DNA of 63,651 nt, filler included, from Lentisphaeria bacterium (GTDB lineage: Bacteria > Verrucomicrobiota > Lentisphaeria > JABSQK01 > JAWLHB01), in NCBI GenBank assembly GCA_041690595.1. It is 7 parts of 7 records of this genome, joined end to end, with 100 filler letters (N's around TTAATTAATTAA, not from the genome) between each part and the next. Parts side by side here need not be neighbours in the genome. Positions count along the whole stretch, not along the records: positions 23,578 to 33,598 come from JAWLHB010000082.1; positions 33,699 to 43,396 come from JAWLHB010000083.1; 5 more parts are not named here. The stretch is one strand, 5' to 3'. The translations under genes and the position numbers were made by a program. This document shows positions 30,812 to 41,134 of the stretch, one piece after another. Under the pieces are notes generated by a model that saw only the letters and a list, made by a program, of their open reading frames with translations, did no database searches and had not been told where the DNA came from. The stretch's first letter is position 1; each line of letters starts with the position of its first letter.

Positions 30812-30887
30812 ACATAACAACAGCGTCAACGCGGATTGGCTTTTCCGCTGGCGCTCCAAAGCCGGCCGGCTACGACGGCCGTGACGC
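30812..30887 (+). mobile_element. Terminal attC site with degenerate right core
   Basis: ACATAAC (complement of GTTATGT at 24461); arms CGTCAAC.CGGATTGGCTTT / AAAGCCGGCCGGCTACG; ends GTGACGC. Confidence 0.7.
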
Positions 30888-32474
30888 ATGAGCATCTGGA
30901 AGAGCAGTGCGGCCTTTGGCGGGATGACCATGATCTCGCGCGTGCTGGGGTTCGTGCGCGACGTGCTGCTCGCGCGGGTGTTCGGGGCCAGCGCGGCGAC
31001 CGATGCCTTCTTCGTCGTCTTTAAGATTCCCAACTTCCTGCGCCGCCTGTTCGCCGAGGGGGCGTTCCAGCAGGCCTTCGTGCCGGTGCTCTCGGAATAC
31101 CGCGAGACGCGGACCCGCGCCGAGCTCAGGGATTACGTCGATCACATGTTCGGCACGCTCGCCGCGGTGCTGGTGGTGGTCGTCTCGCTGGGGCTGGCGG
31201 GTGCACCGCTGCTGGTCATGCTGTTCGCGCCGGGCTTCACCGACGACCCGGGGCAGCGGGAGCTGGCCGAGACGATGCTGCTGATTACCTTCCCGTATCT
31301 GCTGTTCATCTCGCTGACCGCCTTCACGGCGAGCACGCTCAACGCATTCGGCCGCTTCGCCATGCCGGCACTCGCGCCCATCTGGCTGAACATCAGCCTG
31401 ATCGCCGCCACGCTCGTGGCCGCGCCGTTCTTCGCCGAGCCGGTGATGGCCTTGGCCTGGGGGGTCTTCGTCGCCGGCATCCTGCAGCTGTTCTTCCTGC
31501 TGCCGTTCCTTGCCCGGCTGGGGCTGTTGCCGCGGCCTCGGTTCGGCCGGCACGCGGGGGTGCGCAAGACGCTGCGCCTGATGCTGCCGGCGATGTTCGG
31601 CGCGTCGGTCACGCAGATCAACCTGCTGGTCGACACGATCCTCGCCTCGCTGCTGGTGGCCGGCTCGGTGAGCTGGCTGTACTACTCCGACCGGCTGGTG
31701 GAGCTGCCGCTGGGGGTGTTCGGCGTGGCAATCGGCACGGTGATCCTGCCGGCCCTGTCGCGCGCCTTCGCCCGCGGCAGCGACGAGGATTACAATCGCA
31801 CCGTCAACGGCGCCCTGAAACTGACGCTGCTGATCGGCGTGCCGGCCATGGCGGGGCTGATCGGCCTGGCGGTGCCGATACTCGCCACGCTGTTCCAGTA
31901 TGATGCCTTCACCGCCATGGACACGCAGATGGTGGCGCTGGCGATGACCGCCTACGCGCTGGGGCTGCCGGCGTTCCTGCTGATCAAGATCTTCGCGCCG
32001 GGGTTCTTCGCCCGGCAGGACACCACCACGCCGGTGCGCATCGCCGTGATCTCGGTGCTCGCCAACCTGGGCTTCAAGGCAGTGCTGGTGCTCCCCTGGG
32101 TGTTCCTGCTCGGCGGGCATCTGGCCCACGTCGGCCTGGCGCTGACCACGGTGATGGCCGCCTGGGTCAACGCCCTGCTGCTCGGCTGGACGTTGCGCCA
32201 GCGCGGCGCGTGGCGGGTCGAGCCGGGCACGCGGCGTTTCATCGGCCGGATCACGCTGGCCGCCGTGGTGATGGCCGGGGTGCTGCTGTGGGCCAGCCCG
32301 CCGGTCGAGGTGTGGACCGCCTGGGGGGCGGGCACGCGGCTGGCGGCCGTGGCCGGGCTGATCGGCCTCGGCGTGCTGATCTTCGTGGTCGCGGCCGCCG
32401 GCCTCGGCCAGACGCCGCGACGGTTGTGGAACGTGGTCACCTTCGACCGCGACGTGCCGCCCGAGCGTAGCTGA
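30888..32474 (+). CDS. murJ: Lipid II flippase MurJ (MviN)
   Basis: SRVLGFVRD, PNFLRRLFAEGAF, DRLVELPLG; upstream of ribF. Confidence 0.95.
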   Translation: MSIWKSSAAFGGMTMISRVLGFVRDVLLARVFGASAATDAFFVVFKIPNFLRRLFAEGAFQQAFVPVLSEYRETRTRAELRDYVDHMFGTLAAVLVVVVSLGLAGAPLLVMLFAPGFTDDPGQRELAETMLLITFPYLLFISLTAFTASTLNAFGRFAMPALAPIWLNISLIAATLVAAPFFAEPVMALAWGVFVAGILQLFFLLPFLARLGLLPRPRFGRHAGVRKTLRLMLPAMFGASVTQINLLVDTILASLLVAGSVSWLYYSDRLVELPLGVFGVAIGTVILPALSRAFARGSDEDYNRTVNGALKLTLLIGVPAMAGLIGLAVPILATLFQYDAFTAMDTQMVALAMTAYALGLPAFLLIKIFAPGFFARQDTTTPVRIAVISVLANLGFKAVLVLPWVFLLGGHLAHVGLALTTVMAAWVNALLLGWTLRQRGAWRVEPGTRRFIGRITLAAVVMAGVLLWASPPVEVWTAWGAGTRLAAVAGLIGLGVLIFVVAAAGLGQTPRRLWNVVTFDRDVPPERS

Positions 32475-32485
32475 CGGAATCTTGC

Positions 32486-33493
32486 ATGAAACTGACACGC
32501 CTTCACGTCGCCGATACCCTGCCCGCCGCCGGTCTCGCCCCCGCTGGCGCGGTGGTCACCATCGGCAACTTCGACGGGGTGCACCGCGGCCACCGGGCGG
32601 TGATCCGTCAGGCCGCCGAGCGCGCCCGCGAGCTCGGCCTGCCGCTGTTCGTGGTGATCTTCGAGCCCCTGCCGCGCGAGTATTTCGCCGAGGTGAGGGG
32701 CATAACGCCCGTCGCCCGCCTGACGCGGCTGCGCGAACGCTTCGTCGCCTTCGAGCGGCTGGGCGTGGTGGACCGCCTGGTGCTGCTGCCCTTCAATCGC
32801 CGGCTGGCCGAGCTGCCCGCGGAGGCCTTCGTCACCCGCCTGCTCGTCGGGGCGATGGGGGCGCGCCACGTGGTGATCGGCGACGACTTCCGCTTCGGCG
32901 CCAAGAGGCAGGGGGACTTCGTCCTGCTCGAATCGCTGGCCGCCGAGCACGGCTTCGGGGTCGAGCGCGCGCGCACGGTGTCGCTGGACGCGGAAAGGGT
33001 CTCCTCGACGCGTGTTCGCGCGGCGCTGGAGGCCCGCGACGTGGTCGAGGCCGCGCGCCTGCTGGGGCATCCGTTCTTTCTCTGCGGGCGGGTGATGCAC
33101 GGCGACAAGCGTGGGCGGCAGCTGGGCTTTCCCACCGCCAACATCGCCCTGCGACGCCGGTTGTCGCCGTTGCGTGGTGTCTTTCTGGTGCGGGTCTCCG
33201 GCATCGGGGAAGCGCCGCGTTACGGGGTGGCCAACATCGGCACCCGCCCGACCGTCGACGGCGTCGAGGCCCGGCTGGAGGTGTTCCTGCTGGATTTCGA
33301 AGGCGATCTCTATGGCCGGCTGGTGGAGGTGGACTTTCTCGCCGGCATCCGCGACGAGCGGCGGTTCGAGTCGCTGGACGCGCTGGTCGAGCAGATCGAC
33401 CGGGACGTGGCCGAGGCGCGCGGACTGATCGAGGCACATGAAGGCGCGGGTCGCCATTGGGCGGTCGACCGAACCGAGAGAGAGGAATCGTGA
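32486..33493 (+). CDS. ribF: Bifunctional riboflavin kinase / FAD synthetase
   Basis: IGNFDGVHRGH, GDDFRFG, SSTRVR, GFPTAN, GTRPT. Confidence 0.95.
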   Translation: MKLTRLHVADTLPAAGLAPAGAVVTIGNFDGVHRGHRAVIRQAAERARELGLPLFVVIFEPLPREYFAEVRGITPVARLTRLRERFVAFERLGVVDRLVLLPFNRRLAELPAEAFVTRLLVGAMGARHVVIGDDFRFGAKRQGDFVLLESLAAEHGFGVERARTVSLDAERVSSTRVRAALEARDVVEAARLLGHPFFLCGRVMHGDKRGRQLGFPTANIALRRRLSPLRGVFLVRVSGIGEAPRYGVANIGTRPTVDGVEARLEVFLLDFEGDLYGRLVEVDFLAGIRDERRFESLDALVEQIDRDVAEARGLIEAHEGAGRHWAVDRTEREES

Positions 33494-33598
33494 ACGAATT
33501 CAATGCCCTGATGAACAACCCGTTTGCCTGGGGACTGACCGGGCTGGTCGTGCTGCTCGCTATCGCGCTGGCCTGGCTGGCCGGACGCCTGCGCAGCG
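33490..33598 (+). CDS. 5' end of a membrane-anchored protein (truncated)
   Basis: GTGA overlap with the ribF stop; N-terminal TM helix. Confidence 0.5.
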
Positions 33599-33698
33599 NN
33601 NNNNNNNNNNNNNNNNNNNNNNNNNNNNNNNNNNNNNNNNNNTTAATTAATTAANNNNNNNNNNNNNNNNNNNNNNNNNNNNNNNNNNNNNNNNNNNN
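33599..33698. other. Artificial contig spacer
   Basis: N-run + TTAATTAATTAA. Confidence 0.99.
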
Positions 33699-33794
33699 CA
33701 CTTGCCTCCGGATTGCCTGGTCGCCATTATCTCATGGACACCCTGCGGAGGCACTCGATGGGGCGCTGGGGAGCGAAATTAAATCAGCGTTTCC
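33699..33794 (-). mobile_element. End of an IS5-family-like element inserted in hsdS
   Basis: Minus strand reads CTAA|GGAAACGCTGATTTA, resembling an IS5-group terminal IR after a CTAR target; GGAGG + GTG at the contig edge. Confidence 0.6.
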
Positions 33795-34552
33795 TTAGGC
33801 TTCGAGACATCGAGAAAACCCTCACGAACATTCTCGCTAGTAACAAACAGGACCCCATCATCTTGATATTCAAACCCCTGCCATTTCGGTGATTGGCCCT
33901 TGGTAATCCTTGTCGCCTTTTCTCCCAGCAGACAGACCTTCCACCCCATCGGATTGGCGACGGGGTCGCCGAACATGTCGAGGAATGTGGATTGCAGGAG
34001 CGTGTCGAGGTGGGCGAGAGCCTCGCGGCGTTTGGCCCGCAAGGCGTCCGCCGCATCCAGAATCCCCGCAATCCGCTTCTGCTCGGACAGCGGTGGGAGG
34101 GGCATCTGAAGCTCGTTGAGATCCTCGTTCCGTAGGTTATTGATGTTCGCACCCGCCGCGAGACAGGAAACCCTACGGCGGTAATGAGGCGTCTTGAAGA
34201 AGTGAGAGAAATACGCTGCGTCCACCTGTTTACAAGGTCGCAGCACTTTACAAAATGCCCCAAACCCTCCTTGAAAGTCTTCGAGTGCGCGCGCAGCTTT
34301 CCCGACAACGTCGATGCTTCCACTTGATGCAGCAATCACGATATCGTTCTTCCTCACCATTTGCTTCGGCGAGATTTTGGAAGACGGGACGTAGACCAAG
34401 TCGTCATACGTCAATCCGAATTCAGCGATGTTGCCGGCACGAAGAACAGGTAAATACCCATCGCGTTTGCTGGTGGATGCATCCTGTTTTTGATAGGTGA
34501 CACCACGGATCTGGTCCGCGATGTCGCCAACCCGGTAGAGCGTTGCCGTCAT
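33779..34552 (-). pseudogene. hsdS: Type I R-M specificity subunit, truncated in TRD2
   Basis: TRD1, LPPLSEQKRIA spacer, FLDMFGDP, then an abrupt stop at 257 aa inside the IS end. Confidence 0.85.
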
Positions 34553-36051
34553 CCCAACAACCCCTCCAGTTCCCTCCGCCCCTCGGCGATCTCCTGCTCC
34601 AACTTCGCCAGCCGCTGAACAATTTCATGCGGGGAGGCATGCTCGACCGCCTCGTATTCCACTTCCTTGTAGCGGTTGATGGAGAGGTCGTAGTCGTTGC
34701 CCGCGATCTCGGCCTTGGGCACGAGGAAGCTGCGGTCGGTGCGTTTGCGGGTAGTTTCGGCCTCGCGGTTCTGCCAGCGGGCGAGGATGTCGGGCAGGTC
34801 GCTCTTGTCGGGCTGCGGGCTGCGTTTGTCGTCCAGCGAGAAGCCGTCGGACTGCATGTCGTAGAACCAGACGTGATCGGTGCCGCCGGCTCCGGGCTTT
34901 CCCAACGGGTTGCTCTTGGTGAAGAACAGGATCGCGGTGGAGACCCCGGCGTAGGGCTTGAACACGCCCGACGGCATCGAGATGATCGCGTCGAGCCTCT
35001 GGTGCTCGACCAGGATTTGCCGCAGCGCTTTGTGGGCCTTGGATGAGCCGAACAGCACGCCGTCCGGTACGATGACCGCCGCGCGCCCACCGGTCTGCAG
35101 CAGGCGCAGGAAAAGGGCCAGGAACAGAAGCTCGGTCTTCTTCGTCTTGACGATCTGCTGCAGGTCCTTCGCGGTCGACTCGTAGTCCAGGCTTCCGGCG
35201 AAGGGCGGATTCGCGAGGACCAGCGAGAAGCGTTCGGCGTCGTCCTGATCCGACTGGGCGAGCGAATCGCGGTAGCGGATATCGGGGTTCTCCACGCCGT
35301 GCAGCAGCATGTTCATGCTGCCGATGCGGAGCATGGTGCTGTCGAAGTCGTAGCCGTGGAAGGTGCCCGAGTTGAATTTGCGGCGGCTGGCCTCGGTCTT
35401 GTAGATCGCGTCGCCATGATGCTCGCGCAGGAACTCCGAAGCGGCGATCAGGAAACCGGCGGTGCCGCAGGCCGGGTCGCAGATCACGTCCTTGGGCGCC
35501 GGGGCGGTCATGTCCACCATCAGCTTGATGATGTGGCGCGGCGTGCGAAACTGGCCGTTCTGCCCGGCGCTGGCGATCTTGCCGAGCATGTACTCGTACA
35601 GGTCGCCCTTGGTGTCGGCATCCGCCATGCCGATGCCGTCGAGCTGGTCCACCACATTCGCCAGCACGCGCGGCGTCGGCATCATGAAGATCGCGTCCTT
35701 CATGTGGTGGGAGTACGTCGAATCGCCCTCCTCCTCCGTCCCGCCATTGCTGCCGAGCGTCTTGATGAAAGGGAACACCTCGTCCTTCACCGTGGCGAAC
35801 ATCCGCTCCGGAGCGGTCTCCTTGAAACGCGACCAGCGCAGGTGGTCCTCGTCCGGTGCGAAGATCGGCTCCTCGACCGCCATGCCGGTGCGCGCCGCCT
35901 GGTACTCGCGCAGCGTCTGCAACTCGTCCAGCCGCTTGATGAACAGCAGATACGTCAACTGCTCGATGACCGACAGCGGGTTCGAGATGCCGCCCGACCA
36001 CATCGTGTCCCAGATGCGGTCGACCTTGGATTTGAGTTCACCGGTGATCAC
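34549..36051 (-). CDS. hsdM: Type I R-M methyltransferase
   Basis: IEQLTYLLF, GQFRTPRH, DPACGTAGF, NPPF, VPDGVLFG. Confidence 0.95.
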   Translation of the reverse strand: MITGELKSKVDRIWDTMWSGGISNPLSVIEQLTYLLFIKRLDELQTLREYQAARTGMAVEEPIFAPDEDHLRWSRFKETAPERMFATVKDEVFPFIKTLGSNGGTEEEGDSTYSHHMKDAIFMMPTPRVLANVVDQLDGIGMADADTKGDLYEYMLGKIASAGQNGQFRTPRHIIKLMVDMTAPAPKDVICDPACGTAGFLIAASEFLREHHGDAIYKTEASRRKFNSGTFHGYDFDSTMLRIGSMNMLLHGVENPDIRYRDSLAQSDQDDAERFSLVLANPPFAGSLDYESTAKDLQQIVKTKKTELLFLALFLRLLQTGGRAAVIVPDGVLFGSSKAHKALRQILVEHQRLDAIISMPSGVFKPYAGVSTAILFFTKSNPLGKPGAGGTDHVWFYDMQSDGFSLDDKRSPQPDKSDLPDILARWQNREAETTRKRTDRSFLVPKAEIAGNDYDLSINRYKEVEYEAVEHASPHEIVQRLAKLEQEIAEGRRELEGLLG

Positions 36052-36107
36052 GAATCACTGTTCCGATTCTTGCTTGCGCTACTAGGCAGAATGGACTGCA
36101 CGAGCAT

Positions 36108-36167
<60 letters not shown>

Positions 36168-36238
36168 AATATCGTCACGTGCCTCATCGTCTCAGTTGAA
36201 GATTCATCTTGGCCAACCGTTTGTCAGCTCAATCAAAC

Positions 36239-37144
36239 CTATAGATTCAGGTCCCGCAAGGCGACGAAAGCCCGGTTCGTTTCGGCAGCTCGGCGTTCCT
36301 TGGCTTCCAGAACCGTGATCAGCGAGACCTTGCGCGAGAGAACCTCATAAAGGTCGAGCCCGTCAGCACATATGAGGTTAGTCTGTCGTCCACGCGAGAA
36401 CGCCTCCAGCCCGTCGTCCGTGAATCCGGAATTGCTAACGAACAGGCCGCGCGACCAGGACGCCTTCCCACCGACCTTGCCCGAAAAGGTCATCAGGTCA
36501 GCAAAGCCGATTTGAGGTCCTTGCCACTTCGCTTCGACCAGGTAGGTCTGACCGTGCAGTTTGAAACTGCCGTCGATCTGCTCGCCGACGAGCCGAAAAG
36601 AGCCACGCGGAGCCAGCCCGAAGCCGGCGAACAGCTCGTTGAGAAAGCCTTCGAAACGTAGACCTCGCGCCTGGGGATCGAGCTTGGTGATCTCGATGAG
36701 GAGGGTGGCGAGCTCCTGCGCCTTCTCCGCACCTAGCGTCGCGGACTTTTGCGACGCAGGCTCTGTCGCCTTAGGCGAGCCGAAGCTGCCGAGGAAGCTC
36801 GGATCGAGTAGCTCAGGGATTTTGAATTGCACAGCGGGAAGAAGGCTGTTGAGCCGATCAATCTCTTCACGACTGAGGGGATTGCCCTTCCCCCGCCGGT
36901 AGGTCATCGCTTGGCGAACGATCGCCACGATCAACTTCGTAAAGCACGACCTGCGGTGTTCCAGCGTCGCGGTCAGGAGTTGAACAATGGCTGGTCGCTT
37001 GCTGCCCGGGACCCATAGGTCGCCGACACCAGCCTGCGCAGCAGCAAGTGGAAATGCGGTCCTGTTGTTTCCGCTTCCGGGAAGGAAATCGTAGAGGAGG
37101 TCTGCAAGGTCTTCGACCGCCTGAGCTTCTCGAAATGACATCAT
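36239..37144 (-). CDS. Mrr-like PD-(D/E)xK restriction endonuclease with an uncharacterised N-terminal domain
   Basis: [29 protein letters not shown]. Confidence 0.8.
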   Translation of the reverse strand: MMSFREAQAVEDLADLLYDFLPGSGNNRTAFPLAAAQAGVGDLWVPGSKRPAIVQLLTATLEHRRSCFTKLIVAIVRQAMTYRRGKGNPLSREEIDRLNSLLPAVQFKIPELLDPSFLGSFGSPKATEPASQKSATLGAEKAQELATLLIEITKLDPQARGLRFEGFLNELFAGFGLAPRGSFRLVGEQIDGSFKLHGQTYLVEAKWQGPQIGFADLMTFSGKVGGKASWSRGLFVSNSGFTDDGLEAFSRGRQTNLICADGLDLYEVLSRKVSLITVLEAKERRAAETNRAFVALRDLNL

Positions 37145-37147
37145 AGA

Positions 37148-38965
37148 CTACTCGCCCTCGGCCTCCCCCATTCGCGCTTCAAGTTCATCCAAGAATGGTG
37201 AGCGCCCCCAATGCATCCGGCCGCGGCCCGTATCGACATAGCCGGAATAGAGCATATAGATTTCGTCGCGGGCGCGTGTGAGGCCGACGTAGAAGAGCCG
37301 CCGGCTCTCGCGGCGAGCCGCGGGCAACTCATTGCGCCAGGGCAAACTCCCGAGATCGAGACCGACCATGATCACAACGTCGTACTCGCACCCCTTTGCG
37401 GAGTGCAGCGTCAGCAAGTTCAGATGCAGCGGAGACCCATTGCGGCCACCAAGGCTCGCAAGATCGAGATCGGCGAGCGTTCCACCGACCGCCAGAGCCG
37501 CCGACATGCGATCGACCTGCTCACGCTGATCAGCGAGACCCGGCTCAGCCGTGATCAGCGCATCAAGCATTCCTGCGCGGACTGCCGTGACGAAATCCCG
37601 AGCGAGTCCCTCATCGACGCGAAGCGACCATAGAAGCTGCGTCAGGCGCTGGGATTCATCTCGGGCATGCGCTTCTGAAAACCGGGTGCGACAAAAGCCG
37701 AGCCAACGATCGAGCAATCCACGCAACTGTGGCCGGGCCTCGCGCCAGCCACCGGAACACCACGCCGCGCAATCCTCGATCCAGCTCGTGAGCGCGACCT
37801 TGCGGTAAGGTGCCGCGGTGTCGACGCGGACAAAATCGATGCCTGCGGCAGCGGCGGCTTCCGCCACGACGTCGCCGGCTCGGTAGTCGCGGTAGAGGAT
37901 GGCGATGTCACCCAACGCGCGTCCGCGCTTGGCCGCGAGAGCAGCTGGAATGATTTCGGCGACCGCATGCGCGGCTTGCCCTTCCAGGCCATCGGCGCAC
38001 TGAACGAATTCTATGATCGCCTGGCGGTCCGGGTCGTTGGACTGATAGCCACGGACCTCGCCTAGTGCCATCTCGGATGCGCTGACGATGCGCGACGCCG
38101 AACGATAGTTAAGCTGCAACTGAACCTGCTCGACATCGTCCCGCTCGGCAAGCTCCTGCAGCAGCGCTCCGTCGGCGCCGGTAAAGCCGTAGATCGACTG
38201 GTCGGGGTCTCCGACCGCGAAGAGCCGCACGCCGCCATCGAAGGCGACGCGCTTGACGATCCGATGCAAGGCGACGCCGAGATCCTGATATTCATCGACC
38301 GCGAGCATCGGAAATTTCGCCTGAAGCAGCGGGAGCACCCAGTCGTGCTCCGAAACCAGACGCTGCCCGAAAATCACGAGATCATCGAAGTCGATCAGAC
38401 CCAGCCGTCGCAGCTCGGCCTCATATCCCTCTGCCCACGCCGCGAGTTCCCCCTCGCTGGTCCAAGCGACCGATGTTCGGTCGAGGACGGACCGTCGATG
38501 CCGTCCAAGGTCCATGGGCTTGTTGGGATGGCCGACGCCGAACAGCCGATCGCCGATGCGCTTCATTGCCTGGTCGCTCTGACGCTGCGTGGCGACGGTG
38601 AGCGGGAAGGGCACCGGGAGGTCCGCAAGCCGACCATAGGGCATGAGAAGATGCCTCAGGCAGAACCCATGCACCGTGCCGATAAAAAGATTGGGCGCCT
38701 CGCGCAGGCCCAGCCGCTCCAGTCGACGTGTCAGTTCGCGTGCGCATTCTTGGCTATAGGTGATGCATGCCGCGCCTCGGGGTACGCGCACATCCTCTGC
38801 CATAATCCGGGCGAGCTTGAGCACCAGCGTCTTCGTTTTGCCGCTGCCGGGCCCGGCCAGCACCACGCAGTTGCCCGTGGAATCGTAGGCTGCCTGCTGA
38901 CCCGGATTGCCTGCAAGATCGGCCGCTTGGGCGAGATACGCCGCGCTGACACTACGCAATGGCAT
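37148..38965 (-). CDS. gajB: UvrD-like helicase, Gabija GajB
   Basis: AGPGSGKT, VDEYQD, GDPDQSIY, NYRS, TLHSAKG, RLFYVGLTRA; ATG 38965 overlaps the gajA end. Confidence 0.8.
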   Translation of the reverse strand: MPLRSVSAAYLAQAADLAGNPGQQAAYDSTGNCVVLAGPGSGKTKTLVLKLARIMAEDVRVPRGAACITYSQECARELTRRLERLGLREAPNLFIGTVHGFCLRHLLMPYGRLADLPVPFPLTVATQRQSDQAMKRIGDRLFGVGHPNKPMDLGRHRRSVLDRTSVAWTSEGELAAWAEGYEAELRRLGLIDFDDLVIFGQRLVSEHDWVLPLLQAKFPMLAVDEYQDLGVALHRIVKRVAFDGGVRLFAVGDPDQSIYGFTGADGALLQELAERDDVEQVQLQLNYRSASRIVSASEMALGEVRGYQSNDPDRQAIIEFVQCADGLEGQAAHAVAEIIPAALAAKRGRALGDIAILYRDYRAGDVVAEAAAAAGIDFVRVDTAAPYRKVALTSWIEDCAAWCSGGWREARPQLRGLLDRWLGFCRTRFSEAHARDESQRLTQLLWSLRVDEGLARDFVTAVRAGMLDALITAEPGLADQREQVDRMSAALAVGGTLADLDLASLGGRNGSPLHLNLLTLHSAKGCEYDVVIMVGLDLGSLPWRNELPAARRESRRLFYVGLTRARDEIYMLYSGYVDTGRGRMHWGRSPFLDELEARMGEAEGE

Positions 38966-40736
38966 CGCGGATATGCTCCAGCGCCTGCCGGATATAGTCC
39001 GGACACGTATCCTCATCGACGTGCGGCGCCAGCGCCTGCGCGAAACGCCCTTTGCCAATCCGCTCAATGAGCTTGATCAGTCGCGCCTCGTCGAGGGTCT
39101 CGGTGTCATCAACCCATCCTTGGATCAGGTCGCGCGTCGCTTGACCGACCGACAGTTCCTGTTCTATGACCTCCTGCATCGCCTTAGCAAGCCCGCCGTC
39201 GAACAACTCCGGCTCAAGAGTGTTGCTGTTCACGAAATATCCTAACGCCTCCGCGCGCGCGATGACGGCGTCGGCATCCAGAGGCGTGTAATTCACGCCG
39301 TGTTCGACCAAGCGCAGGACATTAATCAGGCGACGTCGGACCAGTGGAGGCTTCGTTCCGTTAGGGTCGCGATCGGTCAGAATGACATGCGGGATGTTGA
39401 GGCCCTCGGGACCCAGCAGCTTGACGTACGGCGTGAAGTTCGTGCCGCTGGCCGAGCATACGGTGATGCCCAGCATGTCGAGTGGAATGTTCAGCGCCTC
39501 GGCGAAGGCAGGCACGAGAAACCGCTCCGCGTCGCCCTCGACCAGGATGACCCCGCGAGCGAAGAAGATTTCACCACGACTTACGTCGATGTAGCGCTGA
39601 AGGTCCGCCTCGTCGCGCTCGTCGAGCGGCGCCTTGGCAGTCGAAACGGCGATCGTCGCATTCGTTGCCGCGTCATGGCGAAGCAGCACGATCGACCGGA
39701 TCGGGGTGACGCTCGCGATGTGCGGCGAATGTGTGGTCAGGATGGTTGTGAGTGGCGGTGTTTGCTCCTCGCCATCCCCGCTGCTGCCAAGGAAATAGCG
39801 GTAAACCAGACGCTGTACGTGCGGGTGAAGGTGAGCTTCCGGCTCCTCGACCACGAAAAAGGTGTGGTCGCGCTCGCCATCTGTCACGAGCCGATCGAGT
39901 TCCAGGCTCTTGAGTGCCAGGAAAATCAGGTTCGCCGTCCCAAGGCTGGCATCTGGAATGCCGCGCGCACCATTGTCGATCAGCAGACGCAGGCTGCGCA
40001 GCAGCGCATCGACCCGCGTCGGCGCCAAGCCAAGTGTCAACGGCACCGCATGCTGCTCGCCGGCGATCGCGATCAGCCGCTCGCCGATTCGCTCGGCGGT
40101 CGCGACCACTCCTTCATGGCTGACCAGCTCGGCCTGCGCCTCGGTGACTTGCTCCTGGATTTCGGCCCGCGCGTCTTCATCGAGGGAGGTCGCCAGCTCC
40201 TCAATCAACGGCCTTAACGGCGAATTGCGCCAACTCGACAGATCCTTCTCGGCATCCCGCAGCGCGACCTGCGCGTCTAGCGGAAGCATCCGCCGCAGCG
40301 ACGGCCCAATTGACATCTCGGGATCGTCGCCGCCGAAAACGATGTACTCATAGTCGACGAGGCTCTCCGGGTCCCGCCCGAGATTGGCCTTCGGTTGGAA
40401 ACGGTAGGTGAGACGCGCAACCATCGGCGGACCCGGATCGACGATGCAGTCGTTGAGGTGCGCCATCAACCGCGGATCGCCCGTGAAGTTGGTCAGCTCC
40501 ACCGCGACCTCGATTGTTTCGCCTAGCTTGTCTTCTCCCAAGCCATCCCAGAAATGCTCAAGCCCGAGCTGCCGATCACGCTCGGAAAGTCCAGGGTCGA
40601 GGATCAGTTGCAGGGCGCGAACGAAGTTGCTCTTGCCGACCTTGTTTTCACCGACAATGACTATGCTTTCCCCGGTCTCGACGTCGATCTCCGAAAAGTT
40701 TGCGAAGTTGCTGATTCTTACCCGCGAGATTCGCAC
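38952..40736 (-). CDS. gajA: OLD-family ATPase-TOPRIM nuclease, Gabija GajA
   Basis: GENKVGKS, EEPEAHLHP, TTHSP, LVEGDAE, LTDRD; adjacent to UvrD. Confidence 0.82.
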   Translation of the reverse strand: MRISRVRISNFANFSEIDVETGESIVIVGENKVGKSNFVRALQLILDPGLSERDRQLGLEHFWDGLGEDKLGETIEVAVELTNFTGDPRLMAHLNDCIVDPGPPMVARLTYRFQPKANLGRDPESLVDYEYIVFGGDDPEMSIGPSLRRMLPLDAQVALRDAEKDLSSWRNSPLRPLIEELATSLDEDARAEIQEQVTEAQAELVSHEGVVATAERIGERLIAIAGEQHAVPLTLGLAPTRVDALLRSLRLLIDNGARGIPDASLGTANLIFLALKSLELDRLVTDGERDHTFFVVEEPEAHLHPHVQRLVYRYFLGSSGDGEEQTPPLTTILTTHSPHIASVTPIRSIVLLRHDAATNATIAVSTAKAPLDERDEADLQRYIDVSRGEIFFARGVILVEGDAERFLVPAFAEALNIPLDMLGITVCSASGTNFTPYVKLLGPEGLNIPHVILTDRDPNGTKPPLVRRRLINVLRLVEHGVNYTPLDADAVIARAEALGYFVNSNTLEPELFDGGLAKAMQEVIEQELSVGQATRDLIQGWVDDTETLDEARLIKLIERIGKGRFAQALAPHVDEDTCPDYIRQALEHIRDAIA

Positions 40737-40774
40737 ACGCCTCTCCCTCGATTGGGTCTCGGTTCATTCTTGTT

Positions 40775-40835
40775 GCCTAACAGTGTATTGGACAGAATCT
40801 GGAATATCGGTGATAGCCAGATTCTATATAGTATG
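40775..40835 (-). other. Probable attI site
   Basis: GTTAGGCAA core (40781 down to 40773) matches TTGCCTAAC of attC at 36161-36169; lies between the first cassette and a divergent intI-like start. Confidence 0.6.
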
Positions 40836-40914
40836 GTCCGACGCTTGCGTGGTTCGCGCCCCGTGCGGCAGGATCGAGCGGCACTTTGCCCATCGGCTTA
40901 CAGGAGGTTGGCTC

Positions 40915-41025
40915 ATGGCGACAGGAAGTCGCGGCGACGCGGAGCGTCGTTTCTGGGATCGCTACCGAAATCTGCTTATCAATCCAGGCGTTAAGCACAT
41001 GGTAGTACGCTGGTACGTACAACGT
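40915..41025 (+). pseudogene. intI: N-terminal 37 codons of an integron integrase-like gene
   Basis: AGGAGG RBS; RFWDRY...GVK..VVRWYV resembles the N-terminal extension of long IntI proteins (from memory); divergent from attI; ends at an IR element. Confidence 0.55.
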
Positions 41026-41133
41026 GGGGATTCCGGGGACAGTATACTTATATCGCCTTCTCCCTTTGGTTGGCGCACGGGGCGTCTCAGCCATTGCTCA
41101 CGCAATCAATGGGTGTACTGTCCCCGAAAATCC
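41026..41133. repeat. Inverted-repeat element A
   Basis: GGATTCCGGGGACAGTATACTTAT ... ATGGGTGTACTGTCCCCGAAAATCC. Confidence 0.85.
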
Positions 41134-41134
41134 A

